DNA of 64,000 nucleotides from a virus (Duplodnaviria; Heunggongvirae; Uroviricota; Caudoviricetes): IMG/VR virus record IMGVR_UViG_2684623127_000006; one strand, 5' to 3'. Shown piece by piece: positions 37,482 to 48,368 of this stretch (position 1 is its first letter; each line of letters starts with the position of its first letter). The notes under the pieces were generated by a model. It saw only the letters and a program-made list of their open reading frames with translations, ran no database searches and was not told where the DNA came from. The position numbers and the translations under genes were made by a program.

Positions 37482-39419
37482 TCAGCCGCCGGACGCACTG
37501 CCGTAGTTCACTCCGGTGATCACCGCCACCGCCGCAGTACGGCGACGACGCCAGTTGATCCAGCGCTCCGCACGGATGGCCACGCTGCCTGTCTGGAACA
37601 TGGAAACCAGCTCCACCGGGGACGGCGTGGTACTGTCGCCGCCCGGCTCAGACTGCATTTCCAGTGATGCCTCGCGGGACATATCCACTGCCACGCCGCC
37701 GTCATCCGCCAGATAAATATCCGGGGCATTCACCAGCACCAGCTGGTCACCCACGTACTGGGAGACAATCACCGGCAGCCCCTGGAAGGAGCCACCCAGC
37801 AGGGTCATGTCCGGGTATTCCTTCTGACCCAGCGCATTTTTACGCATGGACAGTGCCAGGGCATTGGTGCTGGACATCAGCCAGACCGCACCGGTGGGCT
37901 GCAGGTTTGCTGCCACAAACTGTCCAAACGCAGCCTCGGCATCCGCATCCGGGTTACCGGTTGATGCCGTGCCCTTCACATCATGGGTGATGGACGCCGG
38001 GGAGACATCTGCCACTGCGGCTTTTTTCGGGTCCACAAAGTCTGTATCCAGACGCGCCACCACCGCTTCCGCCAGCGCATTACGGACCAGTGCATCAGCA
38101 GCCGGACTGGAAAAACGGATCAATTCTTCCGTCAGTACCGCAATGGCCGACACCTTCGCATGACTGAAGGTGATGGATTCAAAATCAAACTTCGTCAGGG
38201 GTTTTGCCTTACCCTCACCCACCCAGCCGGCAGCACCGCCGGACACCTGGGCGTGCACACGGATATTGAACGGCACCTGACGAAGTGCAGGGATCCCGCC
38301 CTGACCAAATCGCCCGATAATGGTCTGCGGACGCAGGTAATCAATAAAGTCCTGTGCGTATTCCTGATATTCAGACAGGCTGCCTGCCCACTGCGGATCC
38401 GTGGTGGTCCCCGCGCCCACTGCCGATTTCAGGACATGATGCAGACGACTGTCATCCGGATACTGACGACGGGCCACTTCCAGGGCTTCAGATCGGACGC
38501 CTTTAGCCGCAGCCAGCGATTTGGCAAAGCGGGCGAAGCCAATCCCCTTATCCAGTTTCTGCTCCACACGGATCACCGGCGCAGAAGCCACCGCGGCCAC
38601 ATTCCCGTTACCGGCCTGTTTCACCGGCTGCGCCGTGGCGGCCTTACCGGCTTCCAGTTCACGCAGGCGCTTCAGGTGCGCATCCACCTGACGGATTTCC
38701 GCTGCGGTGTTGTCGTAATGCTCTTCCTCCTCCACATCCAGCGTGCGCCCTTCCTCTGCGGCTTTGGTCATGACCTCCTCAAGGGAGGCTGCCAGCGCTG
38801 CACGCTTGTTTTCAAAACTTTTAATCTGTTCGCCAATATTCATTATGGTCTTTTCCTTATGAAAAACGGTTGTTGACTGTGCCGCAGCGCCGGCAGAAGA
38901 TGCGATTTTCACCACCGGTTTCCGGTTGCCGGACGCGGCAGAAAACGGGCGGTCGTAAGATTTAATGGTCCGGATGGTGCATTCCGCATTCGCGGGCACG
39001 GTGACGGCAGACACCTCCATCAGTTCCCAGCGCAGAAAATGCAGTCCGCCTCCGTCCAGAAAGGTGTATTCATGGGGACGGAAGCCCACGGACAGCCCCC
39101 TGACCAGCCCGGTCTTAATGGCCGCCCAGACCTCATCCAGCCGGGCAGCCAGTTGCGACGGCATATCCGGTACGGGCTTCACCAGTGTTGCCGTGATTTC
39201 CAGCCCTTCGCTGACCCGGCGCACCGTACACTGCCCCACCGGGCGGGAATGGTCATGCTGCCAGAGAAACGGGATCGCACTGCCAAACTCCGCGCCCTCC
39301 GGCTCCAGGATGTCACCATCCCGATCCGGAGAAGGCGTTGACGCAATCCCGGTGATCACCCGTTCATCCTCACTGAAGGATTTCACCGTCAGCAGGGAAC
39401 AGGCCCGTTTAAGAGTCAC
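37482..39419 (-). CDS. prohead protease - major capsid protein fusion (HK97-like)
   Basis: 645 aa; N-terminal protease-like, central coiled coil, C-terminal capsid-like; synteny. Confidence 0.6.
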   Translation of the reverse strand: MTLKRACSLLTVKSFSEDERVITGIASTPSPDRDGDILEPEGAEFGSAIPFLWQHDHSRPVGQCTVRRVSEGLEITATLVKPVPDMPSQLAARLDEVWAAIKTGLVRGLSVGFRPHEYTFLDGGGLHFLRWELMEVSAVTVPANAECTIRTIKSYDRPFSAASGNRKPVVKIASSAGAAAQSTTVFHKEKTIMNIGEQIKSFENKRAALAASLEEVMTKAAEEGRTLDVEEEEHYDNTAAEIRQVDAHLKRLRELEAGKAATAQPVKQAGNGNVAAVASAPVIRVEQKLDKGIGFARFAKSLAAAKGVRSEALEVARRQYPDDSRLHHVLKSAVGAGTTTDPQWAGSLSEYQEYAQDFIDYLRPQTIIGRFGQGGIPALRQVPFNIRVHAQVSGGAAGWVGEGKAKPLTKFDFESITFSHAKVSAIAVLTEELIRFSSPAADALVRNALAEAVVARLDTDFVDPKKAAVADVSPASITHDVKGTASTGNPDADAEAAFGQFVAANLQPTGAVWLMSSTNALALSMRKNALGQKEYPDMTLLGGSFQGLPVIVSQYVGDQLVLVNAPDIYLADDGGVAVDMSREASLEMQSEPGGDSTTPSPVELVSMFQTGSVAIRAERWINWRRRRTAAVAVITGVNYGSASGG

Positions 39420-39482
39420 ATCAGCCTCCTGAAAATAAAAAAACCGCCGCAGCGGTTCATGATGGTTACAGTGTGAACAGGG

Positions 39483-41144
39483 TTATATGAAAAAAACCGC
39501 ATATTCTTTCTTTTTCGGTTCCGGGTTAAGGGACATCAGGGAGACCGCATTGAACAGCGCCATCAGCGGGTCAATTTTTCCCCGTCCACTGGCCTGTTTG
39601 GTGATAAGAATGGCGTTACCTTTAGGCTCCACCCGGGCATTGCCGACACACCAGGCCATCAGGGGCTGGTCACCATGCACCAGCACCCCTTCAGCCAGTT
39701 TGCGCTCGGTGGTTTTAATGGCCCCGCCCAGTTTCCAGCCCTGGCTTATCCCCACCACAATTCCGTCGGGGATCCCGGCTTCCGCCAGTGAATCCAGAAT
39801 CTGCCCCACCCCTGACGGGTCAATACCGATATGGTCCAGTAACTCAGCCTCATGAATGCGACGCACATATTCCGCCACTTCCGCCGTGTCATCCCCGACA
39901 CGCCGGACAATGGTCATATCTCCACAGGCAACAAGATCCTGAAACCGGGACGCCTCGCTCTTCCGTCGGACCACCGCGGTTTCATGCGCCCAGGCATGGC
40001 CCCAGCCCAGCCATTCGCGGGTTTCCCTGTCACGGCCAATCACGTACATTCCCAGCAGATCATCCAGGCCCCCGCCGTCAATCCCCACCGTCACCACATC
40101 AGCGCGCTGCAGGATATCGTCCAGGCTGACGCGCCTGCCCTGCTGCTCCCAGAAATCCGCACCCGCCCAGCGGTCAGAACGCAGGGCAAGACCAATTTCC
40201 ACATTGGCATGTTTTGACATGAAGCCACGAAATGCTTCCTCACCAGCCTCCCGGGCTTTACGGTACTCCCGGTACAGAAAAGCCTCATCCACCGAATAAC
40301 CGAGATTCGGGTTAACCATGGCGAGGTTTTCCATCAGCAGGTGAGCCCCGCTTTCCACCATTTCAGGAGGATGCTCAAAAATCACCGGCAGAAAGTGCGG
40401 ATCATGAATTTTGCCGTCACGGACATCCCGGGCGTACTGCAGTTTCTGTCTGAACACCCCGGCTGGCGGCTCATTCGACTGGGTGGTCGTATACACCACA
40501 AACCCTTCCGGGCGGGAGGCAAGGCCGCCTATGGCTTCACGTAACATGTCCTCCGCTTTGTACTGCTTGCCAAATAACCACAGTTCATCAATCAGCGTCC
40601 CCACGGACTTGATACCGGATACCGTATTCGGATCGGCAGCCACCACCTTCAGGGTGGTGTCCGTCACCCTGTGGGTGATGGTCCGGATATGTGTCTGCAC
40701 CTGACAGAGGTCATCCAGATCATCGTCCCGTCGTACCATATCCCTGGCAGGGTTGAAGGCGTTAGCCGCCACCTCCACGGTCGGGGCCAGAATGGTGTAG
40801 CCCGCCGCCTGCCGCCAGTTCAGTAACAGCGCCGTCATCATGATCCCGGCAGCCAGCGTGGACTTGCTGTTTTTCTTGGGGATAAGGATAAAAACTTCCT
40901 TGATATGGCGTACACCGGTCTGCGCATCGTAGGAGCCAAACAGGGCCGCCACCAGGTCAAACACCCACTGTGCGCAGGACTCCCCGAACGTCGGGCTGCC
41001 CGGTGCATCCACAATCCGCAGTTGTTTAAAAATCGCCAGGGCATGTGCGGCCTGCTCCGGATAAATCGGAGCCGGAATAATCGACAGCCCCTTTTTCAGG
41101 CGCTCTGCCCAGTCCGGGCAGGCCGTGCTCCACACAGGTATCAT
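39483..41144 (-). CDS. terminase large subunit
   Basis: 553 aa; N-terminal ATPase region (…FILIPKKNSKSTLAAG…); overlaps small subunit gene. Confidence 0.85.
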   Translation of the reverse strand: MIPVWSTACPDWAERLKKGLSIIPAPIYPEQAAHALAIFKQLRIVDAPGSPTFGESCAQWVFDLVAALFGSYDAQTGVRHIKEVFILIPKKNSKSTLAAGIMMTALLLNWRQAAGYTILAPTVEVAANAFNPARDMVRRDDDLDDLCQVQTHIRTITHRVTDTTLKVVAADPNTVSGIKSVGTLIDELWLFGKQYKAEDMLREAIGGLASRPEGFVVYTTTQSNEPPAGVFRQKLQYARDVRDGKIHDPHFLPVIFEHPPEMVESGAHLLMENLAMVNPNLGYSVDEAFLYREYRKAREAGEEAFRGFMSKHANVEIGLALRSDRWAGADFWEQQGRRVSLDDILQRADVVTVGIDGGGLDDLLGMYVIGRDRETREWLGWGHAWAHETAVVRRKSEASRFQDLVACGDMTIVRRVGDDTAEVAEYVRRIHEAELLDHIGIDPSGVGQILDSLAEAGIPDGIVVGISQGWKLGGAIKTTERKLAEGVLVHGDQPLMAWCVGNARVEPKGNAILITKQASGRGKIDPLMALFNAVSLMSLNPEPKKKEYAVFFI

Positions 41145-41704
41145 CCGTTGCCCTCATTATCATTATTCACCACCAGGCGGGGTGGTGGTGGCACCGCAAA
41201 ACGGTTAGCCGCTTTTTTCGCCGCGTCACCTTTTGCCGATTTTTTACCGGCATCCCCTTTTTTGTGGTGCGTGAACTGCGCCAGCTTATAAGCCGCATCC
41301 AGCGCCAGCCTGGGGTCGGTATTAATGTTCTCCACCAGAAGACGCCCCATCGCTTTCACCGGATCGGGAAGACCGTCCTCCATATACTCAATACCAGGAG
41401 ATATCACCACGGGCGGTGGCATCTCCGGATTTGTTTCGTCCGGCTGTGGTATTGCAGCCGCCTCACGGCGACGGGGTTTATCCTCCGGCTCTGATTTTTT
41501 CTGCCGGTAAACAGGAACCTCATCCACCTCCACCGTCTCGCATTGTTTACGGGCTATAAACGCAAGCACCTCAGGATCTTTTGCCAGCTGCGAGCCTTTA
41601 ACCCTGGCGGTCTTCGCCGAATAACCGGCGGCAATGGCTGACGCTGTTTTGTTTTTCCCGGACATGAGCGCCAGCGCAAATTTTCGTTTTTGCGTTGTCA
41701 GCAC
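41141..41704 (-). CDS. terminase small subunit
   Basis: 187 aa with N-terminal HTH and Lys/Ala-rich tail, directly upstream of large subunit. Confidence 0.6.
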   Translation of the reverse strand: MLTTQKRKFALALMSGKNKTASAIAAGYSAKTARVKGSQLAKDPEVLAFIARKQCETVEVDEVPVYRQKKSEPEDKPRRREAAAIPQPDETNPEMPPPVVISPGIEYMEDGLPDPVKAMGRLLVENINTDPRLALDAAYKLAQFTHHKKGDAGKKSAKGDAAKKAANRFAVPPPPRLVVNNDNEGNG

Positions 41705-41774
41705 AGCCTCCTCCCGGGTCCAGAACGCACTCAGCCGGGTATGGTTCAGCCCATTTTTCCCGGCATCTCATGCC

Positions 41775-41900
41775 GCAAATGTTAACTGCTGCCTGGTTAA
41801 CATTTGCTGAAAAAGCCAGTTAACATTTTTTCCGCACAACAAACTGAATAATAAAGATAAAAACCGCAAAAATGCCCGGACAGCCAGTTAACATGTTAAC
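41775..41900. promoter_or_regulatory. repeat cluster upstream of terminase (candidate cos/terminase recognition region)
   Basis: 12-bp inverted repeat GCAAATGTTAAC/GTTAACATTTGC and two direct CCAGTTAACAT copies. Confidence 0.3.
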
Positions 41901-41993
41901 TGCCCTGAAACGGGAATTTTTTCTCTGCGTGAGAGGGGGCGCGGTGTCCGGAGCGATCGTTTTTTTCGCCGGATGATCCCCCCCCGGGGCGGG

Positions 41994-42359
41994 TCACAGT
42001 CCGATGATATCGTCTGCCCTGCCATGACCTCCGGACACCTCCGGCAGCGTCGGGTCCGGCATACCACCCGCCGCTTCACGAGCAGACTTTTGTCGATGGC
42101 ATTCGGTACAGAGCGTCCAGAGATTCGTCTCCTCATTACCACCACCGAACTGAAGTGCAATTCGGTGATCGAGTTCACTGTCACAGAGGTCAACCACACG
42201 ACCACAGAGACAGCACTGCCCGGCATCCCTGAGCCAGATATGACGCTTGAGGGAAACACGTGCACTGCCACTGACACGACGCTGTTCACCCTTCAGAATA
42301 TTCACCCGCCGGGTGTTCAGAGTTTTGATTCTGCCCGGTAACGTACGAAGCACAGCCAT
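41994..42359 (-). CDS. HNH endonuclease
   Basis: 121 aa with CCLCGR…HRIALQFGG…NLWTLCTECHRQK. Confidence 0.75.
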   Translation of the reverse strand: MAVLRTLPGRIKTLNTRRVNILKGEQRRVSGSARVSLKRHIWLRDAGQCCLCGRVVDLCDSELDHRIALQFGGGNEETNLWTLCTECHRQKSAREAAGGMPDPTLPEVSGGHGRADDIIGL

Positions 42360-42400
42360 GTAAAATCCTCGCCATATAGCTTGTCACCAGAGGAAAGAAA

Positions 42401-42628
42401 ATGTCATCGAAAAACCGGCCCCGCAGAACAACAACCCGCAACATCCGATTTCCAAACCAGATGATTGAACAAATTAACATCGCTCTTGACCAGAAAGGTT
42501 CAGAAAATTTTTCTGCGTGGGTCATTGAATCTTGCCGCCGGGAGCTGGCAGCAGACATAAAATATGCCCGTCAGTTGACTATAAAAAAGAATGATACACA
42601 GTATGCTCTGCGATGGCTGTTCATATAA
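42401..42628 (+). CDS. YlcI-like (DUF3950) small protein
   Basis: MSSKNRPRRTTTRNIRFPNQMIEQINIAL… resembles DLP12 YlcI between Rz and terminase. Confidence 0.5.
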   Translation: MSSKNRPRRTTTRNIRFPNQMIEQINIALDQKGSENFSAWVIESCRRELAADIKYARQLTIKKNDTQYALRWLFI

Positions 42629-42990
42629 CTATTTCTTTATATTGCTGAATTTATAAAAACTCACAGACATTAGCTGTATTAATTCCGAATTGAAATAATC
42701 AGCCATATAGAATAAAAATAAAGCATAACAATAATAATCTTCTACCCAATCAGTACATTACTGCTGTGACTCCAACACGGCAGTTTTTTTATTGAACAGA
42801 TTCCAGTTTCTTCCACCATCGCACCGGACGGGCGACCATGAGGGGAGAACGCCGCGCTCCGTTTACGCGGTAAACCCCGGTGTGTATCGTTTTTGATTAT
42901 CCCCGCACACTCTCGCAGAGGAGTCTCCCTGTCGGGCTGCGGTCTCTGTTAATGCAGGAATACGGCGACGATACGGCGCATCAGCAAAAC

Positions 42991-43458
42991 TTAGTTCAGG
43001 CACTGAGTGCGGATATAGTCCTGTGCCCCTTCCAGCTGCTTCTGCATTGTCATCAACCGTTCTCTGAGGATGAAATAATCCCGTTCAGCGGTGTCTGCCA
43101 GTCGGGGGCCGGTTGCATTATCCACGCCGGAGGTGCCGGTGGCTTCACGCACGGTACCGGAGCAGGTGGCGTTGATCCGCAGGCGCTTACGACCAGCGGC
43201 AACATCAGCACGCAGAGTTTCATTTTCAGCTCTCGCATCGGCTAACTCCCTCGAGTATTTTGCATCGAGCGCAGCAACATCACGCTGGCGCACCTGCATG
43301 TCAGTAATGGTGGCATTCGCCTGTTCCAGCTCTCTGGCTTTTTTATCGCGCTGCGCTTTGTAGGTGAGCGCGTTGTCACGGTAATGGTTTGTTGCCAGCC
43401 ACAGCGCACCATAGCCAACCGCCAGGACAATAATCACCACACACAGAACACGGTTCAT
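42991..43458 (-). CDS. Rz (inner-membrane spanin)
   Basis: 155 aa with N-terminal TM helix and coiled coil; follows endolysin. Confidence 0.7.
   Translation of the reverse strand: MNRVLCVVIIVLAVGYGALWLATNHYRDNALTYKAQRDKKARELEQANATITDMQVRQRDVAALDAKYSRELADARAENETLRADVAAGRKRLRINATCSGTVREATGTSGVDNATGPRLADTAERDYFILRERLMTMQKQLEGAQDYIRTQCLN
43053..43238 (-). CDS. Rz1 (outer-membrane lipoprotein spanin), embedded in Rz
   Basis: 61 aa with lipobox LVVSAC and Pro-rich mature part, in alternate frame inside Rz. Confidence 0.6.
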   Translation of the reverse strand: MRELKMKLCVLMLPLVVSACGSTPPAPVPCVKPPAPPAWIMQPAPDWQTPLNGIISSSENG

Positions 43459-43611
43459 CTCTCTTTCACCCCACCAGTCCCGATAACGTCAGGACTCGCC
43501 AGGCGGTGGAAAAGAAAATGGCAACCAGCATGACTAAAAATGAAATGCCGACAAGTACACAGAGGCTCTTCACCAGCGTTATGAGTTTATCTGATATCAT
43601 TAGCCACCCCA

Positions 43612-44181
43612 TCAATCCGCCTTTGTTATTTTCCCTTTGCCTGTATCAGCCAGGACAAAATCAATCAGCATATTCGCTTCATTTACCAGCGTACGGATTT
43701 TTGATACATGCGCGGCTTTAACCTGTTTCCACTCATTCAGCCCGGTAGCAAACACACTGGCAATGTTTTTATCCCGTTTCATGTCAGCACAAGCCTGGTT
43801 GAGTTCTTCCATCACGCTCATTTTACGGGGATTAACGACAAAACCCTTCGTCCAGTACTCGTAAAGAACATCGTCGCACTCTTCCTGATACCGGATGACC
43901 TTATCGCGGATTTCGGGTTTTACTTTGTTGGGATTAATGGTTTGTAGCCAGCCGGCAAGTTTTCGAAGTGGCATGGACACCATATTGCGTTGTTTCCCAT
44001 CCTCAGCAACCATAACGATTTCCGTTATAGTTGACGCAAAACGCTGTCTTAACTTAGCCAACTGTGATTGCCAGGCCAGCCCCATCCCCGCAACGACAGG
44101 TTTCATGGGAACGTATGGTTCGCCATTATGGTTAACTACATAAAGAGAGTTGCCGTGAAACGGCACGGCCATCATATTCAT
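43612..44181 (-). CDS. antirepressor-like protein (Ant/Rha family)
   Basis: 189-aa ORF between endolysin and Rz; family call from memory. Confidence 0.45.
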   Translation of the reverse strand: MNMMAVPFHGNSLYVVNHNGEPYVPMKPVVAGMGLAWQSQLAKLRQRFASTITEIVMVAEDGKQRNMVSMPLRKLAGWLQTINPNKVKPEIRDKVIRYQEECDDVLYEYWTKGFVVNPRKMSVMEELNQACADMKRDKNIASVFATGLNEWKQVKAAHVSKIRTLVNEANMLIDFVLADTGKGKITKAD

Positions 44182-44451
44182 CGGTTATTTCCTTTTAGTG
44201 ATGAACCTTGTCTCACAGGAATCCAGCCCACAGAAAGGCACCGACAGCCAAACCGGTATCCTCAAGGGTCATCCTGAAAGGTTCTGTGTTGTGAGATGCG
44301 CGTGAGATGCGCAGAAATGACAAAGGCATCATTACGGTGCCTGAGTGTTAAACAACTGTTTTGACTTTATTCACTTACATTTTGCCAATTTGCAGGATTT
44401 CGTGTTATCCGTCCATGTAAGCAAACCTCATTTTTCAGCAAAATATTCTGC

Positions 44452-44985
44452 TTATCTGTCGATTCCCCAGCACGCCAGCGCGCTCTCCTGGTCACGACGG
44501 GATACCTGACCGTAACAGTTATTTGAGCGAATACGGCAGTCCCTGCCACCGTCCTTAATCCACCAGCGAATCGCTTCGCAGGCACCTTTTCGATCTCCTG
44601 CATTAATCCGTCTGTAAAACGTCGACGGGAAACACTTACCGGGGCCAATGTTGTACGGACAGAATGACGCGATCCCCGCTTTCTGGGGTTCGGTCAGCGG
44701 CACTCTGATGTTTTTCTCCACCCATGCCAGCGCCTTATCACGCTCAATGGCGTTAACCCGGTCGCATTTTTCCTTCGACAGCTTCATGCCAGGAATAACA
44801 GGCTTACCATCCCCCCGGGTGGCTCCACGGCAGATGGTCCAGATACCCGCACCATCACGGTATGCTGTGGTGTGGTTACCTTCCTTTTCATCCAGAAACT
44901 GGTCGAGGATTTCAGGCGCAGACGCCCCTGCACCAATCAGCGCCAGAACGGCAGCCGACAGGCCGTATCTGATTTTTGCGTTCAT
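44452..44985 (-). CDS. SAR endolysin (phage 21 R-like lysozyme)
   Basis: 177 aa with N-terminal signal-anchor-release helix and lysozyme-like region (…ICRGATRGDGKP…). Confidence 0.8.
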   Translation of the reverse strand: MNAKIRYGLSAAVLALIGAGASAPEILDQFLDEKEGNHTTAYRDGAGIWTICRGATRGDGKPVIPGMKLSKEKCDRVNAIERDKALAWVEKNIRVPLTEPQKAGIASFCPYNIGPGKCFPSTFYRRINAGDRKGACEAIRWWIKDGGRDCRIRSNNCYGQVSRRDQESALACWGIDR

Positions 44986-45035
44986 GGATATTTATCAGGG
45001 TTTATCGATTTCAAATCCCTGGATATGTTAAGTCT

Positions 45036-45383
45036 TCAGGCCAGCGGTGGAGTCTTCAGAGAACCCGTAATTATTCCCGGTAGTTTTCCTCTGTAGGTTA
45101 TCAACACATCCTGCGCCTCTAAAATTACGGGGCGCTTTTCCGGCAACGGACCATCCCCTTCACATAACCCGGCAGCAACATCCATGAAAAACTGCTTCGC
45201 CTGCTTTTTCGCCTCAGCTTCGTAAAACTCCAGCGTGGCACCTTCAGTACGGTCAAGACTAATCGCCACATCTGGCAACAACAGTGACGGATACCCACCA
45301 ATTTCCAGTGCCACAGTAACAGTAATCTTATCCGGGTAATTATTTATCCCTTTAACAACCAGTTCGTATTTTTTCTTCATCAC
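45036..45383 (-). CDS. hypothetical protein inserted between holin and endolysin
   Basis: 115-aa ORF, no recognisable domain, tightly packed in lysis cassette. Confidence 0.4.
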   Translation of the reverse strand: MMKKKYELVVKGINNYPDKITVTVALEIGGYPSLLLPDVAISLDRTEGATLEFYEAEAKKQAKQFFMDVAAGLCEGDGPLPEKRPVILEAQDVLITYRGKLPGIITGSLKTPPLA

Positions 45384-45384
45384 T

Positions 45385-45591
45385 TTACTCTCCCCGCGCC
45401 GCCTTACGCCGGTCTTCTTTAATCTTGAAATACAGGTTCGTCAGATATGTCAGCAGCCCAAACAGCAGACTCCCCAGCACGCCTATCGCCACCCACTGGG
45501 ACGGAGAGACTTTGTCCAGCAGCTGCAGTAACCAGTATCCCGTCCCCACCGCTGACGTGGTGTATGACACACCTGTTGTGATTTTTTCCAT
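45385..45591 (-). CDS. holin (phage 21 S-like)
   Basis: 68 aa [33 protein letters not shown]…[15 protein letters not shown] matches S21. Confidence 0.8.
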   Translation of the reverse strand: MEKITTGVSYTTSAVGTGYWLLQLLDKVSPSQWVAIGVLGSLLFGLLTYLTNLYFKIKEDRRKAARGE

Positions 45592-46039
45592 CTGATGTAT
45601 GTCTCCGTCACCGCCGACAGAAAATGAAAGTAAAGAAAAACAAAAAAGCCGCCAGTGTCACCCACTGACGGCCAACGCCGGGAGCCGTGATTATGGCATT
45701 CAGGCTCTGCTAAAAATGCCAGATAACATTCCGGCCACCCCCTGATTCAGGTTATAAATGACACAATATCTTGACAACACCCGTCACTGTCTGTCAGAAA
45801 ATATACCGCCAGGCATAAGTATCATGTGAAATCCAACTATCCTTCTGAGCCAGCACCTCTCCACCGAAAGTCAGTGCTGGCTGTTTTTTTCCTTAATAAA
45901 GCATCTGTAACTGAAACAATCCGCATATTGATAATATATTGACAGGCATCATTGCTGTCTGTGAAAAATAAGTCTCTACAAACATATAAGGCCTTTTAGC
46001 CAGCGTCTTCTTTCAGGTCAGTCGCTGGCTCTTTTTTTA

Positions 46040-47890
46040 TTATGCTGCCGGTGCATTTATCTCCAGCACCAGACTTTCTATCTCAACGCCATACGCTGCA
46101 TTTTTTGTAACATCCGTCAGCGTCAGCGCATTCAGTCCCAGTGTCAGACTGTCTTTTATAACCTGGAATGCCGGGCCAGCCACTCCATTCAGTTTCGGAG
46201 TAACCGTGGCACTGCCGGCGGTGAACACCAGCTCCAGCGTCTGCCAGTCGTTACCGTAATCGCCGAACTCCCCCAGCTTCGTGTTTCCGGCTTTCCTGTG
46301 ATGCATCAGATTCACTCTGCCGTCAGTGGTCTGAGTAAAGTACGACATCAGGAACGGATTACCGGTACCCGTCATCGCCACACCATCAGGAACGGGAGCA
46401 TCCGTATACAGATAAATCCCCAGCCCGAACTGATTGTTGGTCAGCGCGCCTGACAGGCGGAACTTACAGGTCAGTCTGCCGCCCTGTGTCAGCAGGGTAA
46501 TTGCGTCATCCACCGGATGCGTCAGGGACCAGGTTTTATTGCTCTGCCTGGTGATCTTAAATACACCATCTGACAACTGAATTCCGCCATCCTTAATGCT
46601 CCAGCCCTGCGCAGCAGCCTCTCCGGCTGCCGGCAGCAGGGAGATTGTGCGAACGGACGTATCTGCAGACGGACCCGATGGCGTGTTGCCGCCGGGCGAG
46701 GGTTTGATTTCCGGTGCCTTACCACTGATGAAGGCTGAGGTGCGCCCGGCTGCGTTCAGAATAGCGGTTGCCAGACGATCCGGAATAATGCTCCTGCGCG
46801 CCCATGAACTGAAATGTGTCGGGCGGTTTGATGATACCTGGTTTCCATTCGTTCTCGATGCCGCACCGTAATATCCTGATGCCGGAATATCCGGATCTTC
46901 TGCCGGCGCGTTAGTGGCGGTATTGACGCCGTTACCGTCTGTCATGAAGGGCACAAAATAAACGCCCTCACTCTCCCTGTTTTTATACCCGCCGTACACG
47001 GTGTCGTACTGGGTAGCGTATGTATTTTTCCAGTAATACGTCGTGTCACCACAAATCCACGGCACATCTGCAGCACTGCCACCATGGCACTGCGCGTTAA
47101 ACACGGAGAGGTCAGCACGAAACTGTGCCAGCATGGCTGTAAACAGCGCAGGTTGCTGTGCGTGGGTGGCGGCGCTCATGTCAAACTCTCCCTGCATCCA
47201 GCAGACGGCCAGCAGAACGTTTTTGGGATTTTTCTGCAATGCCGCTTTGGTGCGGGAAATCAGATCCTGATATAACGGCTTGCCCACCCCCCAGCGTGCC
47301 GAATCCTGGCTGGCCCCCGTGGACTCGCTGAATGTCCCCTCCGCGCCCTGGGTAAATGCCGAACCACCACGACAGCATGGTACCAGCAGGATCCCCGCGT
47401 TATTCGGGATATACGGGAGCAGTTTTTTGGCAATATGTAACCCCTGGCCGACACAGCCGTACTGCCCTTTGCTCAGGTCTGCCTTCGGATGATTCAGCGT
47501 ACTCATATCCTGCACATCATGCAGGCAGTGGTCGGCCGGAATAATATCGTTATATCTGCAGGCAGCCCCACCCGGCGTCACTGTACTGCGGCGCGCCAGC
47601 TGTTTAATGCGCGGATCCGGAGCATCGTATGAATCCGGCAGCGGAAGCCCTTCACCGTAAGCCATGGCATTGGACTGCCCGGCCAGTACGATGACGTAGT
47701 ACCAATCCGGCTCAGTTGCACCACTGACCACCACATCACCTTCTGCTGTAATCGCCTGCATCAGGGTATAAGGGGTTATGGCCACCGGACTACCAAACGG
47801 CTGCCAGCCCTCTTTCAGTTTGTGTGTCAGCTTTTCCGCAAGGTCTGACGGCGACGCCGCCCTGACAACATCATAATGTTTAATCGACAT
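46040..47890 (-). CDS. prophage sialate O-acetylesterase NanS-p-like (DUF1737 + SASA esterase)
   Basis: 616 aa; N-terminal MSIKHYDVVRAASPSDLAEKL…, esterase motif LAGQSNAMAYG. Confidence 0.7.
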   Translation of the reverse strand: MSIKHYDVVRAASPSDLAEKLTHKLKEGWQPFGSPVAITPYTLMQAITAEGDVVVSGATEPDWYYVIVLAGQSNAMAYGEGLPLPDSYDAPDPRIKQLARRSTVTPGGAACRYNDIIPADHCLHDVQDMSTLNHPKADLSKGQYGCVGQGLHIAKKLLPYIPNNAGILLVPCCRGGSAFTQGAEGTFSESTGASQDSARWGVGKPLYQDLISRTKAALQKNPKNVLLAVCWMQGEFDMSAATHAQQPALFTAMLAQFRADLSVFNAQCHGGSAADVPWICGDTTYYWKNTYATQYDTVYGGYKNRESEGVYFVPFMTDGNGVNTATNAPAEDPDIPASGYYGAASRTNGNQVSSNRPTHFSSWARRSIIPDRLATAILNAAGRTSAFISGKAPEIKPSPGGNTPSGPSADTSVRTISLLPAAGEAAAQGWSIKDGGIQLSDGVFKITRQSNKTWSLTHPVDDAITLLTQGGRLTCKFRLSGALTNNQFGLGIYLYTDAPVPDGVAMTGTGNPFLMSYFTQTTDGRVNLMHHRKAGNTKLGEFGDYGNDWQTLELVFTAGSATVTPKLNGVAGPAFQVIKDSLTLGLNALTLTDVTKNAAYGVEIESLVLEINAPAA

Positions 47891-48368
47891 CGAATTTCTC
47901 CCGTGTACAGGAACAGAGTTAAAAAGCCGGAACCGGAATCAAATCACAGGATGACCATCTGCCAGTGGCTGGTCGTAAAAAAAAGGCCGCGCCATGCGCA
48001 GCCGGAAATAAAGGGATAACGATGATAGTTTGAGAAAAACAGAAATAACACTTTTGTGGCAAAGCATGGTGCCGGGTGCCTCCCGGTGAATTCAGTACCA
48101 GCACCTGAATCCGCGATTATCCCATATACCTTCTTGCTGATCGCCCCTCCGCACAGGGGGATTCACCATGCAGAAGTGTTTTTAATAAACAGCAAACAAA
48201 AAAATCAAGCATTATGCAGGCTGTTTCTTTTTATCACCGGCCACAGCAATACCACAATGCCGCAGACCAGCACCCCATCCGCCAGCACCGACATGATTCT
48301 GCTGGTGAAATCCACCATCACCACCAGAAACAGCAGGAGTGCAGCCACAGTCAGGCGCAGTTTTACCG

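Noticed and set aside
37983-38876. 297-aa plus-strand ORF
   Set aside because: Fully antisense to the protease-capsid gene, which has strong synteny and sequence support.
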